Below are positions 8,440 to 16,440 of a DNA stretch of 19,487 bases, one piece after another (the stretch's first letter is position 1; the number at the start of each line of letters is the position of its first letter). The notes beneath the pieces are model-generated. The model saw nothing but the letters and a program-made list of their open reading frames with translations, was not told the origin of the DNA and did not search any database. A program made the translations under genes and the position numbers. Origin of the DNA: a bacterium (GTDB lineage Bacteria; UBA8248); NCBI GenBank assembly GCA_963692865.2, contig CAXXHI010000006.1:1-19487 (forward strand), given 5' to 3'.

Positions 8440-8740
8440 GGGCTTGTTTCGACAAAATGAAATCGCGGGAGGCGCGGTGGGCGCGGGCCGGTTCGACCGG
8501 AGCGGCCTCCCGCGCGAGGGCTGCGACGCCTTCCGGAGCGGTCGGACGCGCATTGAGCAGGCGCGCCGGGAAGTGGCGGGGTAAAGCCGCAACCGCCCCT
8601 ACGGGCTAGTTTCAGCTCGAAAAATCGGGTTTAATGTTTCCACAGCCGTGTTCTTACCGCCCTTCGTGATATGTTGTCTGCCTGTTTGATGGAACGAATG
8701 CGCGCCCTGAGCGCAAATTGAAACCGCGAGGAGTTCTCCC

Positions 8741-10468
8741 ATGCTCACCAAACTCACCGCCCGCAACTTCAAGCGTTTCGGCGAGGTCGAGATCGAGTTG
8801 GGGAACCCCGTGGTGTTCATCGGCCCGAACAATTCGGGCAAAACCTCCGCCATGCAGGCCCTGGCCCTTTGGGACATCGGGCTGAAGCGCTGGAACGAGA
8901 AACGCTCAGGCAAAACGACGCCGGAGAATCGCCCGGGCGTAACCATCAACCGCAGGGATCTCCTCGCCATTCCCGTTCCGAACGCGGCTCTCCTCTGGCG
9001 AGAACTCCACACGCGGGTCGTGCAAAGAGTCGAGGGGAGCCAGCGGACGGACAACATACGGATCGAGCTCATCGTCGAGGGAGTCACGCAAGACAAGGCG
9101 TGGGCCTGCGGCCTTGAATTCGACTACGCGAACCCCGAGTCGTTTTATTGCCGGCCCCTGCGTCTCGGGGAAGGCAAGACGCCGGAACGAATGCCGGTTC
9201 CAGGGGAGGCCGGCTCCACGCAAATCGCTTTCCTCCCCCCGATGTCGGGGCTGGCGGCCACGGAAACGCGGCTCGACACGGGAGCCGTGAATGTGCGGGT
9301 GGGAGAAGGGCGCACGGCGGAGGTGTTGCGCAATCTCTGCTTCAAGGTGAAGAGCGATGATCCGGAGCGATGGAAAGAGTTGGTGGACCGGATTGACGAC
9401 CTGTTCGGCTCCAGACTCAACGACCCCCGCTACGTTGCGGAACGGGGGGAGATAGTGATGGATTACCGAGAGCATGAAACGCTCCTCGATCTCTCCTCCA
9501 GCGGACGGGGTTTGCAGCAAACCCTGTTGCTCTTAGCGTATATGTACGCGAATCCCGGCGCGATCATCCTTCTGGACGAACCCGACGCGCACCTCGAAAT
9601 TCTTCGGCAGCGGCAAATCTACAAGCTGATCACCGACGTAGCGCAAGAACGCGGCAACCAGATCATCGCGGCGAGCCATTCGGAAGTTCTTTTGAACGAA
9701 GCCGCAGGCAAGGATATGGTCATCGCCTTCGTCGGCGCGCCTCACCGCATCGACGACAAGGGGAGCCAGGTGCAGAAGGCGCTCCGGGAGATCGGATTCG
9801 ATCAGTATTACCAGGCCCAACAGACCGGCTGGGTTCTTTATCTGGAAGGCTCGACGGATCTGGCGATATTGCGCGCCTTCGCCGAACGCCTCGGCCATGA
9901 GAGGGCGGTAAAGGCGCTGGAGCGGCCTTTCGCGCATTACGTCGGGAACCAGCCGAGGCGGGCCGCAGACCACTATCACGGTCTGCGGGAAGCGTGTCCG
10001 GCGCTTCAGGGCGTGGCGCTCTTCGACCGACTCGAAGCCGGTATGCCGGAGAGCGGCGCTCTTCAATGCCTGATGTGGCGAAGGTGCGAAATCGAAAACT
10101 ATTTCTGCACCCGGGCGACCCTGGAGGACTATGCGCGAGGTTCTGCGGACCTGGGAGAACAGACCCTCTTCACACCACAAGTGGATAAGCGGCTCGGGGC
10201 GATGGGCGAAGCCATCGCCGAGATAGAAGGGGCCCTGGAGAGGCTCGGCAGAGGTTCGCCATGGGGAGACGACATCAAGGCGAGCGATGACTTCCTCACC
10301 CCTTTGTTCCAGACGTATTTCGACAAACTCGAGTTGCCCAACCTCATGGCCAAGAAGCAGTTTTATGAACTCGCCTCCCATGTTCCCGAAGAGGAAATTG
10401 CTCCCGAAATCGCTGAAACGCTGGATGCGATTGTCCGCGTGGCTGAGAGCGCACGGCCTGCGTGTTGA
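8741..10468 (+). CDS. OLD-like ATP-dependent nuclease (ABC/SMC-type ATPase plus TOPRIM-like domain)
   Basis: RNFKRF start, Walker A GPNNSGKT, signature-like LSSSGRG, Walker B ILLDEPDAHL, H-loop ASHS, TOPRIM YLEGSTD, EIENY motif; RBS GAGGAG. Confidence 0.8.
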   Translation: MLTKLTARNFKRFGEVEIELGNPVVFIGPNNSGKTSAMQALALWDIGLKRWNEKRSGKTTPENRPGVTINRRDLLAIPVPNAALLWRELHTRVVQRVEGSQRTDNIRIELIVEGVTQDKAWACGLEFDYANPESFYCRPLRLGEGKTPERMPVPGEAGSTQIAFLPPMSGLAATETRLDTGAVNVRVGEGRTAEVLRNLCFKVKSDDPERWKELVDRIDDLFGSRLNDPRYVAERGEIVMDYREHETLLDLSSSGRGLQQTLLLLAYMYANPGAIILLDEPDAHLEILRQRQIYKLITDVAQERGNQIIAASHSEVLLNEAAGKDMVIAFVGAPHRIDDKGSQVQKALREIGFDQYYQAQQTGWVLYLEGSTDLAILRAFAERLGHERAVKALERPFAHYVGNQPRRAADHYHGLREACPALQGVALFDRLEAGMPESGALQCLMWRRCEIENYFCTRATLEDYARGSADLGEQTLFTPQVDKRLGAMGEAIAEIEGALERLGRGSPWGDDIKASDDFLTPLFQTYFDKLELPNLMAKKQFYELASHVPEEEIAPEIAETLDAIVRVAESARPAC

Positions 10469-10508
10469 GTGGCGCTTGCGTTGAAAGGGGCGGCCCGCCC
10501 GGGTTTTA

Positions 10509-10517
10509 TGGTATGCT
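10509..10517 (+). promoter_or_regulatory. Possible extended -10 promoter element
   Basis: TGGTATGCT (TGn-TATGCT) about 130 nt upstream of ATG 10646. Confidence 0.4.
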
Positions 10518-10568
10518 TCCCCCCTGATCGGCCAAAGCGCCAAAGTTCGATTACCGCCTCGATGCCGG

Positions 10569-10622
10569 GTCGTTTCACGAACGAGGAGACGGCGTGAAGC
10601 GACGGTTTGCCCCGTCTCGGGC
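10569..10622 (+). promoter_or_regulatory. Putative cis-regulatory RNA pseudoknot (riboswitch candidate)
   Basis: 11-bp stem 10569-10579 / 10593-10603 (one G-U); its loop segment GAGACGG (10586-10592) is complementary to CCGTCTC (10612-10618), just upstream of the RBS. Confidence 0.4.
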
Positions 10623-10645
10623 GGCTGTCCCCAAGGGAGGTTTTC

Positions 10646-12052
10646 ATGACGGATAGAACCCACGAGAAACCGCTCGACCTGATCGTTGCGGGCGGCACGG
10701 TCGTATCCGGCCACGGCAGGCAGGAGGCCGCCGTCGGCGTTCGCGACGGGAGGGTCGCCTGCGTGGGCGCGCCCGAGAGCATGCCCGCGGCCGATGAGGT
10801 GATCGACGCCTCGGGCAGGCTCGTTCTGCCGGGCGTCATCGACCCCCACGTCCACTTCCGGGCGTATTCGAGCCACATCGATTCCCTGGAAGACGTTGCG
10901 CGCAGCGCCGCGCACGGGGGCGTGACGACCATGGTCGCCTTCGCCACGGGCGAGGAGAACGAGACCATGCTCACCACGCTTGAGCGCATCCGCGAGGAGG
11001 GCGAGGCGGGGAGCGTGGTCGACTTCGCGCTGCACGCCTGGATATTCGAGGATTTCGACTACCTGGCCGATATCCCCAAGGCCATCGAGGGCGGCGTCAC
11101 GAGCTTCAAGGTCATGATGGGCTACCGGAAGCGGGGCCGGGGCCGCTGCATCCCGGACGATTACTTCTACGCCGCGCTCGACATCGTGGGGCGGCGCGGC
11201 GGCGTCGTGCTCGTCCACGCCGAAAACGGCATGGTCATCGACTACCTGGAGAACAAGGCCCTGGGCGAAGGCCTGGACGGCGCCGATTTCCTCGAATACA
11301 CGCGTCCGCCCGAACTGGAGGCCGAAAACGTCGCGCGCTCCATCCACCTCGCCGATCTGGCGGGCTGCCCGCTCTACATCGTTCACTTGACCTCGGCGCA
11401 GGCGCTCGAAGAGGCGCGGCGCGGGCTGGCGGCCGGCAAGGACATCGTCGTGGAAACCTGCCCGCAGTACCTGACCCTCACCGGGGACGCCGTGCGCGAG
11501 ATGGGCGCCCCGGCCAAGGTGGCGCCTCCGATGCGGACGGAGGCGGACGTCGCAGCGCTATGGGAGGGGATTCGGGAGGGGTGGATCGGCCTCATCGGGA
11601 GCGACCACGCCCCCTACACCAGGGCGCAGAAGAACGACCCGCCCTTCACCGAGGCGCCCTACGGCGCGCCCGGCATCGAGACCCTGCTGCCCGTCGTCTA
11701 CAGCGAGGGCGTGGCGCGCGGGCGGATTACGGAGGAGCGCCTCGTGCAACTCACGAGCGAGAACCCGGCGCGCGCCCTGGGCCTCTACCCGCAGAAAGGC
11801 GCGCTCGGAGTCGGCTCGGACGCCGACCTCATCATTATCGACCCCGATGGGAGCTCGACCGTGACGGCGGCGGGGCAGCACACGAACTCCGATTACTCGC
11901 TCTTCGAGGGATGGGAACTGAACGGACGGCTGGAACTCAGCCTCCTGCGCGGAAAGCCGCTCCTGAGAGACGGGGCGCTCGCGCAGGAGCCGGGCTACGG
12001 CCGGTTCGTCCCGCGCGGCGCGTCCGTGAGGTCGGAGACGGAATCGGCGTAA
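10646..12052 (+). CDS. Cyclic amidohydrolase (dihydropyrimidinase/allantoinase/dihydroorotase family)
   Basis: PGVIDPHVHF (HxH), SFK (carbamylated Lys), VHAEN, YIVHLT, ETCPQYL, GSDHAP; ATG 10646 with RBS AGGGAGG. Confidence 0.9.
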   Translation: MTDRTHEKPLDLIVAGGTVVSGHGRQEAAVGVRDGRVACVGAPESMPAADEVIDASGRLVLPGVIDPHVHFRAYSSHIDSLEDVARSAAHGGVTTMVAFATGEENETMLTTLERIREEGEAGSVVDFALHAWIFEDFDYLADIPKAIEGGVTSFKVMMGYRKRGRGRCIPDDYFYAALDIVGRRGGVVLVHAENGMVIDYLENKALGEGLDGADFLEYTRPPELEAENVARSIHLADLAGCPLYIVHLTSAQALEEARRGLAAGKDIVVETCPQYLTLTGDAVREMGAPAKVAPPMRTEADVAALWEGIREGWIGLIGSDHAPYTRAQKNDPPFTEAPYGAPGIETLLPVVYSEGVARGRITEERLVQLTSENPARALGLYPQKGALGVGSDADLIIIDPDGSSTVTAAGQHTNSDYSLFEGWELNGRLELSLLRGKPLLRDGALAQEPGYGRFVPRGASVRSETESA

Positions 12053-12053
12053 C

Positions 12054-12075
12054 AAACTCCGCCCCGGGGAGTTTT
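12054..12075 (+). terminator. Possible terminator hairpin
   Basis: AAACTCC (12054-12060) / GGAGTTT (12068-12074) immediately after the stop codon. Confidence 0.45.
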
Positions 12076-12179
12076 CATCATCTGGCGAGAACGGGGCCGA
12101 TCCCGGGAAATACGCATTTGTTCAGAACCTACTGCGTCTTCCTCTCCAATCTTTTTGAAAACAGCACACAAGCCGGGGT

Positions 12180-12506
12180 TCAAGTCTGGAGCAAGCGCCG
12201 CTGCAGCAACGTCTGCATGTCACGCCGCCCGTCGGCGATAAGGAGCACATAGACGTCGTTTTCCATTACTTGGTAGATGACGCGGTAGGGCTTAAAGAAG
12301 ACTTCCCGGTATTCTCGAATACCGATTTCCAACAATTCGTTCGGGTAATTTCCGCGGTGGGGATGTTCAGAAAGGCTTTCGAATACCTTTTCGAGCCGCT
12401 CCAGAATATTCTCGGCCCTGCCCGGCGCATCGTGTCTTTCTACGTAATCGTAGAGTTCTTCAAGGTCGCGCGCCGCGTCATCGGTCAATTGAACCGAGAA
12501 AGGCAT
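12180..12506 (-). CDS. Type II toxin, RelE/ParE family
   Basis: 108 aa; VQLTDDAARDLEELYDY..P.RG..YREVFFKPYRVIYQV..VLLIADGRRDM; start overlaps the antitoxin stop (TGATG). Confidence 0.9.
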   Translation of the reverse strand: MPFSVQLTDDAARDLEELYDYVERHDAPGRAENILERLEKVFESLSEHPHRGNYPNELLEIGIREYREVFFKPYRVIYQVMENDVYVLLIADGRRDMQTLLQRRLLQT

Positions 12507-12781
12507 CAGGGAGTTTGTCGCCGCTCCCGCAGCCTCGCGATGTGATCGGCGGCAGGCCGTACCCGGCCTGCTTCGATCTGGCGATTACCAAGCGCAAGTA
12601 TCTTGAGCAGCGCCATGGTCTCCTGCGTCTGCTCGTAGGCGTCGATATCCTGCACGACCGCCTTGGCTTCGCCGTTCTGGGTGACGATTAGGGGCTCCTG
12701 TTCGTCACGAAGCGTGCGCATGATTTCCGAGGCATGGGCCTTGAGATAACTGATTGGCTTGATTCGGCTGGACAACCCCAT
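12506..12781 (-). CDS. Type II antitoxin, Phd/YefM family
   Basis: 91 aa from ATG 12781 (RBS AAGGAG): IKPISYLKAHASEI..PLIVTQNGEAKAVVQDI, the typical Phd N-terminal pattern. Confidence 0.9.
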   Translation of the reverse strand: MGLSSRIKPISYLKAHASEIMRTLRDEQEPLIVTQNGEAKAVVQDIDAYEQTQETMALLKILALGNRQIEAGRVRPAADHIARLRERRQTP

Positions 12782-12797
12782 CGACTCTCTCCTTGTC

Positions 12798-12833
12798 GAA
12801 CCAAATATAGTCCATAAACAGATCGTCATGCAA
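12798..12833 (-). promoter_or_regulatory. TA operon promoter with overlapping imperfect palindrome (likely operator)
   Basis: Minus strand TTGCAT (12833-12828), 18 bp spacer, TATATT (12809-12804), embedded in the imperfect palindrome GGACTATATTTGGTTC. Confidence 0.55.
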
Positions 12834-12921
12834 GCCCCATCGTCGAGCCAATTGTTCTCACTCCTCTTTATCGCCGGTAAGGGGGGAGGCGCCGGGTTTC
12901 GCGCGCCGGCTCCGGTTGGCC

Positions 12922-14055
12922 TTAGATTCTCTCCGAAGCGATGGCGGCGCCCTCGGCCAGGGCCGCGAGCTTGACGTAGACGATGTCGGGATCGACCGAA
13001 CCGAATCCGGCGAACGTCCCGAACCCGCAGTCGGTCCCGGCGACCACCCGCTCGGGACCCACGAGCCCCACGAAGCGCTCGATGCGCTGCGCGACGAGTT
13101 CGGGATGCTCCACGAAGTTGCTCGTCGTGTCGATGACGCCGGGCGCGAGGATCATGTCTTCCGGAATCTCGTCCCGGCGGTCGCGGAATACGGTCCATTC
13201 GTGCTCGTGCCTCAGGTTCGCGTTCTCGAACAGCACGCAGCGCGCGCGGGCGGACATGAGCGCGGAGAACACGTGGTCCAGCGCAACGTCGCACACGTGC
13301 GGCCCCTCGTAGTTTCCCCAGCAGATGTGGACGCGCACCCGCGCCGGGTCGGCGTCGCGCAGGGCGTGGTTCAGCACTTCCACGTTGGCCGCCGCGATAT
13401 CGCCGAACTCGGCGTCGGAGCGGTCCTCGTACAGCACGTGGCGCGCGAGACCCAGGTCCGGGCAGTCGAGCTGCAGGTCGAAACCCGCCGCGAGGATCGC
13501 GTCGTATTCGGGCTTCATCGCGTCGGCGAGGGCTTCCAGGTAGGCGTCGCGCGAGGGGTAGTAGGCGTTCGGCATGAACAGCGCGACGACGCCGGGCGAC
13601 GCCGCGTTCAGGAATCCGCGCTCGGCGCCGTGCGCCGCCATCGCGTTTCTGAAATTTTCGATGTCGGCCTTAAGCTCCGCGTCGTCCTTGGGCGCCACCG
13701 GCCCGGTGCATTGCGGACGGACGAGTTTCGGCGTGCCGCCTTCGCGCGCGAGGCGTTCGAGATAGCGCGGGAAGAGCTTGAGATCGCCCGGCACGGCCCG
13801 CTCGCTGTTGCCCGAGAAGCCCGTGTAGCGGTTCTTGACGTAGGTGGTGTAGGAAATCTTGGAGGTCTCGCCGTCGGAGACGATGTCGACCCCGGCTTCG
13901 ACCTGCCGGCGGACCGTCTCCGCGCATTCCTCCGCCATGCAGGCGGCGAACTCGTCCGGGTCGCAGGGCTCGCCCCGGTCGCGGGCGAAGAGAAAATCGA
14001 GCGTCCGACGGCTTCTGGGAAGCGAGCCGACGTGCGTGGTGGCGATGCGCGTCAT
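12922..14055 (-). CDS. Single-barrel cobalamin-independent methionine synthase II family protein (MetE C-terminal-like; same family as epoxyalkane:CoM transferase)
   Basis: 377 aa from ATG 14055 (RBS GAGGAGG): TTHVGSLPR, DIVSDGE, LQLDCP, Zn ligands HICWGN, FEN and TDCGFGT. The 870-aa ORF in the track is an artefactual upstream extension. Confidence 0.9.
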   Translation of the reverse strand: MTRIATTHVGSLPRSRRTLDFLFARDRGEPCDPDEFAACMAEECAETVRRQVEAGVDIVSDGETSKISYTTYVKNRYTGFSGNSERAVPGDLKLFPRYLERLAREGGTPKLVRPQCTGPVAPKDDAELKADIENFRNAMAAHGAERGFLNAASPGVVALFMPNAYYPSRDAYLEALADAMKPEYDAILAAGFDLQLDCPDLGLARHVLYEDRSDAEFGDIAAANVEVLNHALRDADPARVRVHICWGNYEGPHVCDVALDHVFSALMSARARCVLFENANLRHEHEWTVFRDRRDEIPEDMILAPGVIDTTSNFVEHPELVAQRIERFVGLVGPERVVAGTDCGFGTFAGFGSVDPDIVYVKLAALAEGAAIASERI

Positions 14056-14093
14056 GAGGGGCTCCTCCTCGTCCGGGAAAGCGCTCCGCCCGC

Positions 14094-15482
14094 CTAGACG
14101 AATTTCCACGGGCTGTAGAGCGGCACCTTGCTCCGCTTCAGGACTCCTTTCGCCAGGCGCCCGATCCGCTCCACGATCTCCGCTTCGTCCACCGATTTGA
14201 CCTCGCGGTTCTCCATCAGGAACTTCCCGTCGACCATGACGCTCTCGCAGCTGTTCCCCTGGGCCGAATAGACGAAATTCTGTATCTCGTTGTAGAGGGG
14301 GACCCAGTCCGGCCGATTCATGTCGAAGATGGCGATGTCGGCCTTCTTCCCCGGTTCGATGGAGCCGATCTCTTGTTCCATGTTCAACGCCCTGGCGGCG
14401 TTGATGGTCGCCATCTCGATGGCCTTCTCTGCGCTGCCGGCGGCCGGGTCGTAGCGGTAGTCCTTGGGCGTCGCCGCCGCCAGGTAGATGAGGCGCACCA
14501 TGTCGTTGAAGTTCGAGCAGTCGGACGCGTCGGTGCCGATGGCGACGTTGACGCCCGCCTCCATCATCTCCGGGAACTTCCCGAAGGCGGCGAGGCCGTA
14601 GCTGATCTTCATGGCGGTGCTCGGACAGTGCAGGACGTTCGTCCGCGTCTCGGCGAGAAGCCCGATCTCCTTTGCGCTCACGTGGATCATGTGGGTGAGG
14701 GCCACGTTCTTCCCGAGGACGCCGATGTCGTAGAGATGCTCGATGGGGCGGGCGCCGTTCAGGCTCAGGCTCTCCTGGACGTTCTCGATCATGTTGGCCT
14801 GGTGCATGTGGAGGATGGTCCTGTAGTTGTCCGCCATCTCCTTGGACTTGACGTAGAGGCGATCCGAGCAGCGCCCCATCCCGACGACGACGACGCAGGG
14901 CTTCACCAGCCCCACCCCGCCCCGGTAGTCCTTCATGAACTTCTCGTTCTCGTTCAGGCACTTCCGGGTGCTCTCGACCAGCATCTCGTGGCCCTGGCTC
15001 ACCATGTCGAACGACCTTCGGCCCATGAGGCCGCGCATCCCGATTCGCGAGACGCCTTCGATGACGGGGCCGGGGTTGTAGGAACCCGCCTCGAGGAAGG
15101 TCGTCACGCCCGTCTTCAAGGTTTCGACCAGAATGCCGAGGCCGCCCCATATCTCGTCCTCGGCGTTCACGATGGTGGCGACCTTGCGATGGACGAAGTC
15201 GGACCACGGCATCCCCGCCAGGGTCTCGGGCGAAAGCCCCCGGTGCATGTGGTGGTAGAAGTGGATGTGCGCGTTGATCAGGCCGGGGGTGACGAGCTTC
15301 ATGGCGGCGTCGTAGGTTCGTCTGGCCTCGTATTTTTTCTTGAGCGCCGAAGCCTTCCCGACGTCCTTGATCCGGTTCCTCGTGATGGCGACCGCGCCGC
15401 GCCGGATGACCCTCCGCTCCGGGTCCACGGTGACGACGGTTCCGTTCTCGATCAGGACATCCACCTTGGTCTTCGCTGCCAT
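14094..15482 (-). CDS. Mononuclear amidohydrolase of the MTA/SAH deaminase / TRZ-ATZ group, substrate unknown
   Basis: PGLINAHIH, GVTTF, LHMH, LTHMIH, HCPST, GTDASDCSN, GSIEPGKKAD; RBS GGGGAGGA. Confidence 0.88.
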   Translation of the reverse strand: MAAKTKVDVLIENGTVVTVDPERRVIRRGAVAITRNRIKDVGKASALKKKYEARRTYDAAMKLVTPGLINAHIHFYHHMHRGLSPETLAGMPWSDFVHRKVATIVNAEDEIWGGLGILVETLKTGVTTFLEAGSYNPGPVIEGVSRIGMRGLMGRRSFDMVSQGHEMLVESTRKCLNENEKFMKDYRGGVGLVKPCVVVVGMGRCSDRLYVKSKEMADNYRTILHMHQANMIENVQESLSLNGARPIEHLYDIGVLGKNVALTHMIHVSAKEIGLLAETRTNVLHCPSTAMKISYGLAAFGKFPEMMEAGVNVAIGTDASDCSNFNDMVRLIYLAAATPKDYRYDPAAGSAEKAIEMATINAARALNMEQEIGSIEPGKKADIAIFDMNRPDWVPLYNEIQNFVYSAQGNSCESVMVDGKFLMENREVKSVDEAEIVERIGRLAKGVLKRSKVPLYSPWKFV

Positions 15483-15533
15483 GGCATCCTCCCCTGCGCA
15501 GGTTTTCAGAGAATCGAAAATTGATTTCGTTCA

Positions 15534-15562
15534 ACCCTACACAAGGGGATTTTTGATGACAA
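15534..15562 (-). promoter_or_regulatory. Sigma70-type promoter for the amidohydrolase/MetE-like operon
   Basis: Minus strand TTGTCA (15562-15557), 17 bp spacer ending in TGTG, TAGGGT (15539-15534). Confidence 0.5.
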
Positions 15563-15700
15563 CCGAGGCGAAAAGAGCAAACGATGAGGATTCGGACGTT
15601 TTCCCACGCCTTGCTAATGAGGTAGCAGTTCTGATCAGTGAAGAAATATCATGGCCGTTCCATCGCAATGCAAGTTTTTGCTTCTAATTTCTTTCATTCT

Positions 15701-16438
15701 TTACGCTTGGACGAATGCGTCAGTCATGTCTACCCAAAGGTGATATAGCTGAATACGTGGAAGATCACCGCATCGACTGTGGGCAGACTTCAGAACTGCC
15801 GTTCGTTGTTGGACGTCGAAACATGCAATACAGAGCGCGTCCCCTTCCTCCCAACAAGCGATTTGATCTGCGACTAGGCCATTTAACCAAGAGCGAATCT
15901 TCTGCGCCCAGAACTCAATGTCGTGGTCCTGGATATAGGCGATCATTGCACCTATCGAGTGGGCTGCGCCGTGGTGCCCTGCCTTAAAGCGTTGCACCCC
16001 TCCAGTAGATGAATGGGAGCTAAAGAGATACTCTCGCTCATCACGCGCTGGGCCAGTCGGCGTCGGCAACCGTTTGCATTCAATGGGCATAAGTGAGGCA
16101 TACCGAGAGTATTCCCGACCTTCAATCCAAATCGTTGCGCCACTTGGTGCAGGAATCAAGTCGACTTTACGGCTTTTGATTGTTTCGTCTGGCTCTTCGG
16201 TTCGGAACTGAAGGAAGTCCCATCCCTGCGACATCCTTGTCGCACTGTTCATGTACGCGCAGAGTTGCGAGGTGAGAGCGGTTTCGGCCGATTCCGCAGG
16301 TCGGTATGGGTCATCACGCCATTTTGGTAGCTCTTTGACGATAAAACTTAACAGGGACTCTCGCCATGAACCCGGTAGATGGATCGTTTGATCCAGTTTT
16401 CCCGACCATAATTTGAACTGTCCTTCATCTGCCAACAA
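15701..16438 (-). CDS. Hypothetical protein with PD-(D/E)xK nuclease-like motif
   Basis: 245 aa, TTG start 2 nt after the MTase stop; ETALTSQL helix, RKVDL and IECKRL motifs. Confidence 0.7.
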   Translation of the reverse strand: MLADEGQFKLWSGKLDQTIHLPGSWRESLLSFIVKELPKWRDDPYRPAESAETALTSQLCAYMNSATRMSQGWDFLQFRTEEPDETIKSRKVDLIPAPSGATIWIEGREYSRYASLMPIECKRLPTPTGPARDEREYLFSSHSSTGGVQRFKAGHHGAAHSIGAMIAYIQDHDIEFWAQKIRSWLNGLVADQIACWEEGDALCIACFDVQQRTAVLKSAHSRCGDLPRIQLYHLWVDMTDAFVQA

Positions 16439-16440
16439 GG

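Noticed and set aside
8195-8584. 129-aa + strand ORF across the divergent intergenic region
   Set aside because: No recognisable motif or RBS; overlaps the secreted-protein start, leader and promoter on the opposite strand.
8574-8603. GTAG-type REP half (minus strand GTAGGGGCGGTT..CCGCC)
   Set aside because: Single degenerate copy with a weak palindrome and no RAYT transposase nearby; too little support.
12782-13294. N-terminal extension of the antitoxin to 262 aa
   Set aside because: It overlaps the MetE-like gene; RBS and promoter support ATG 12781.
14056-15534. Apparent 870-aa fusion protein ending in the MetE-like domain
   Set aside because: The N-terminal part is an off-frame shadow of the amidohydrolase gene; a strong RBS and ATG at 14055 mark the true start.
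15555-15687. Short + strand ORF tail (MTTEAKRANDEDSDVFPRLANEVAVLISEEISWPF...)
   Set aside because: Too short, no motif, and overlaps the predicted minus-strand promoter; it may be a remnant but cannot be supported.
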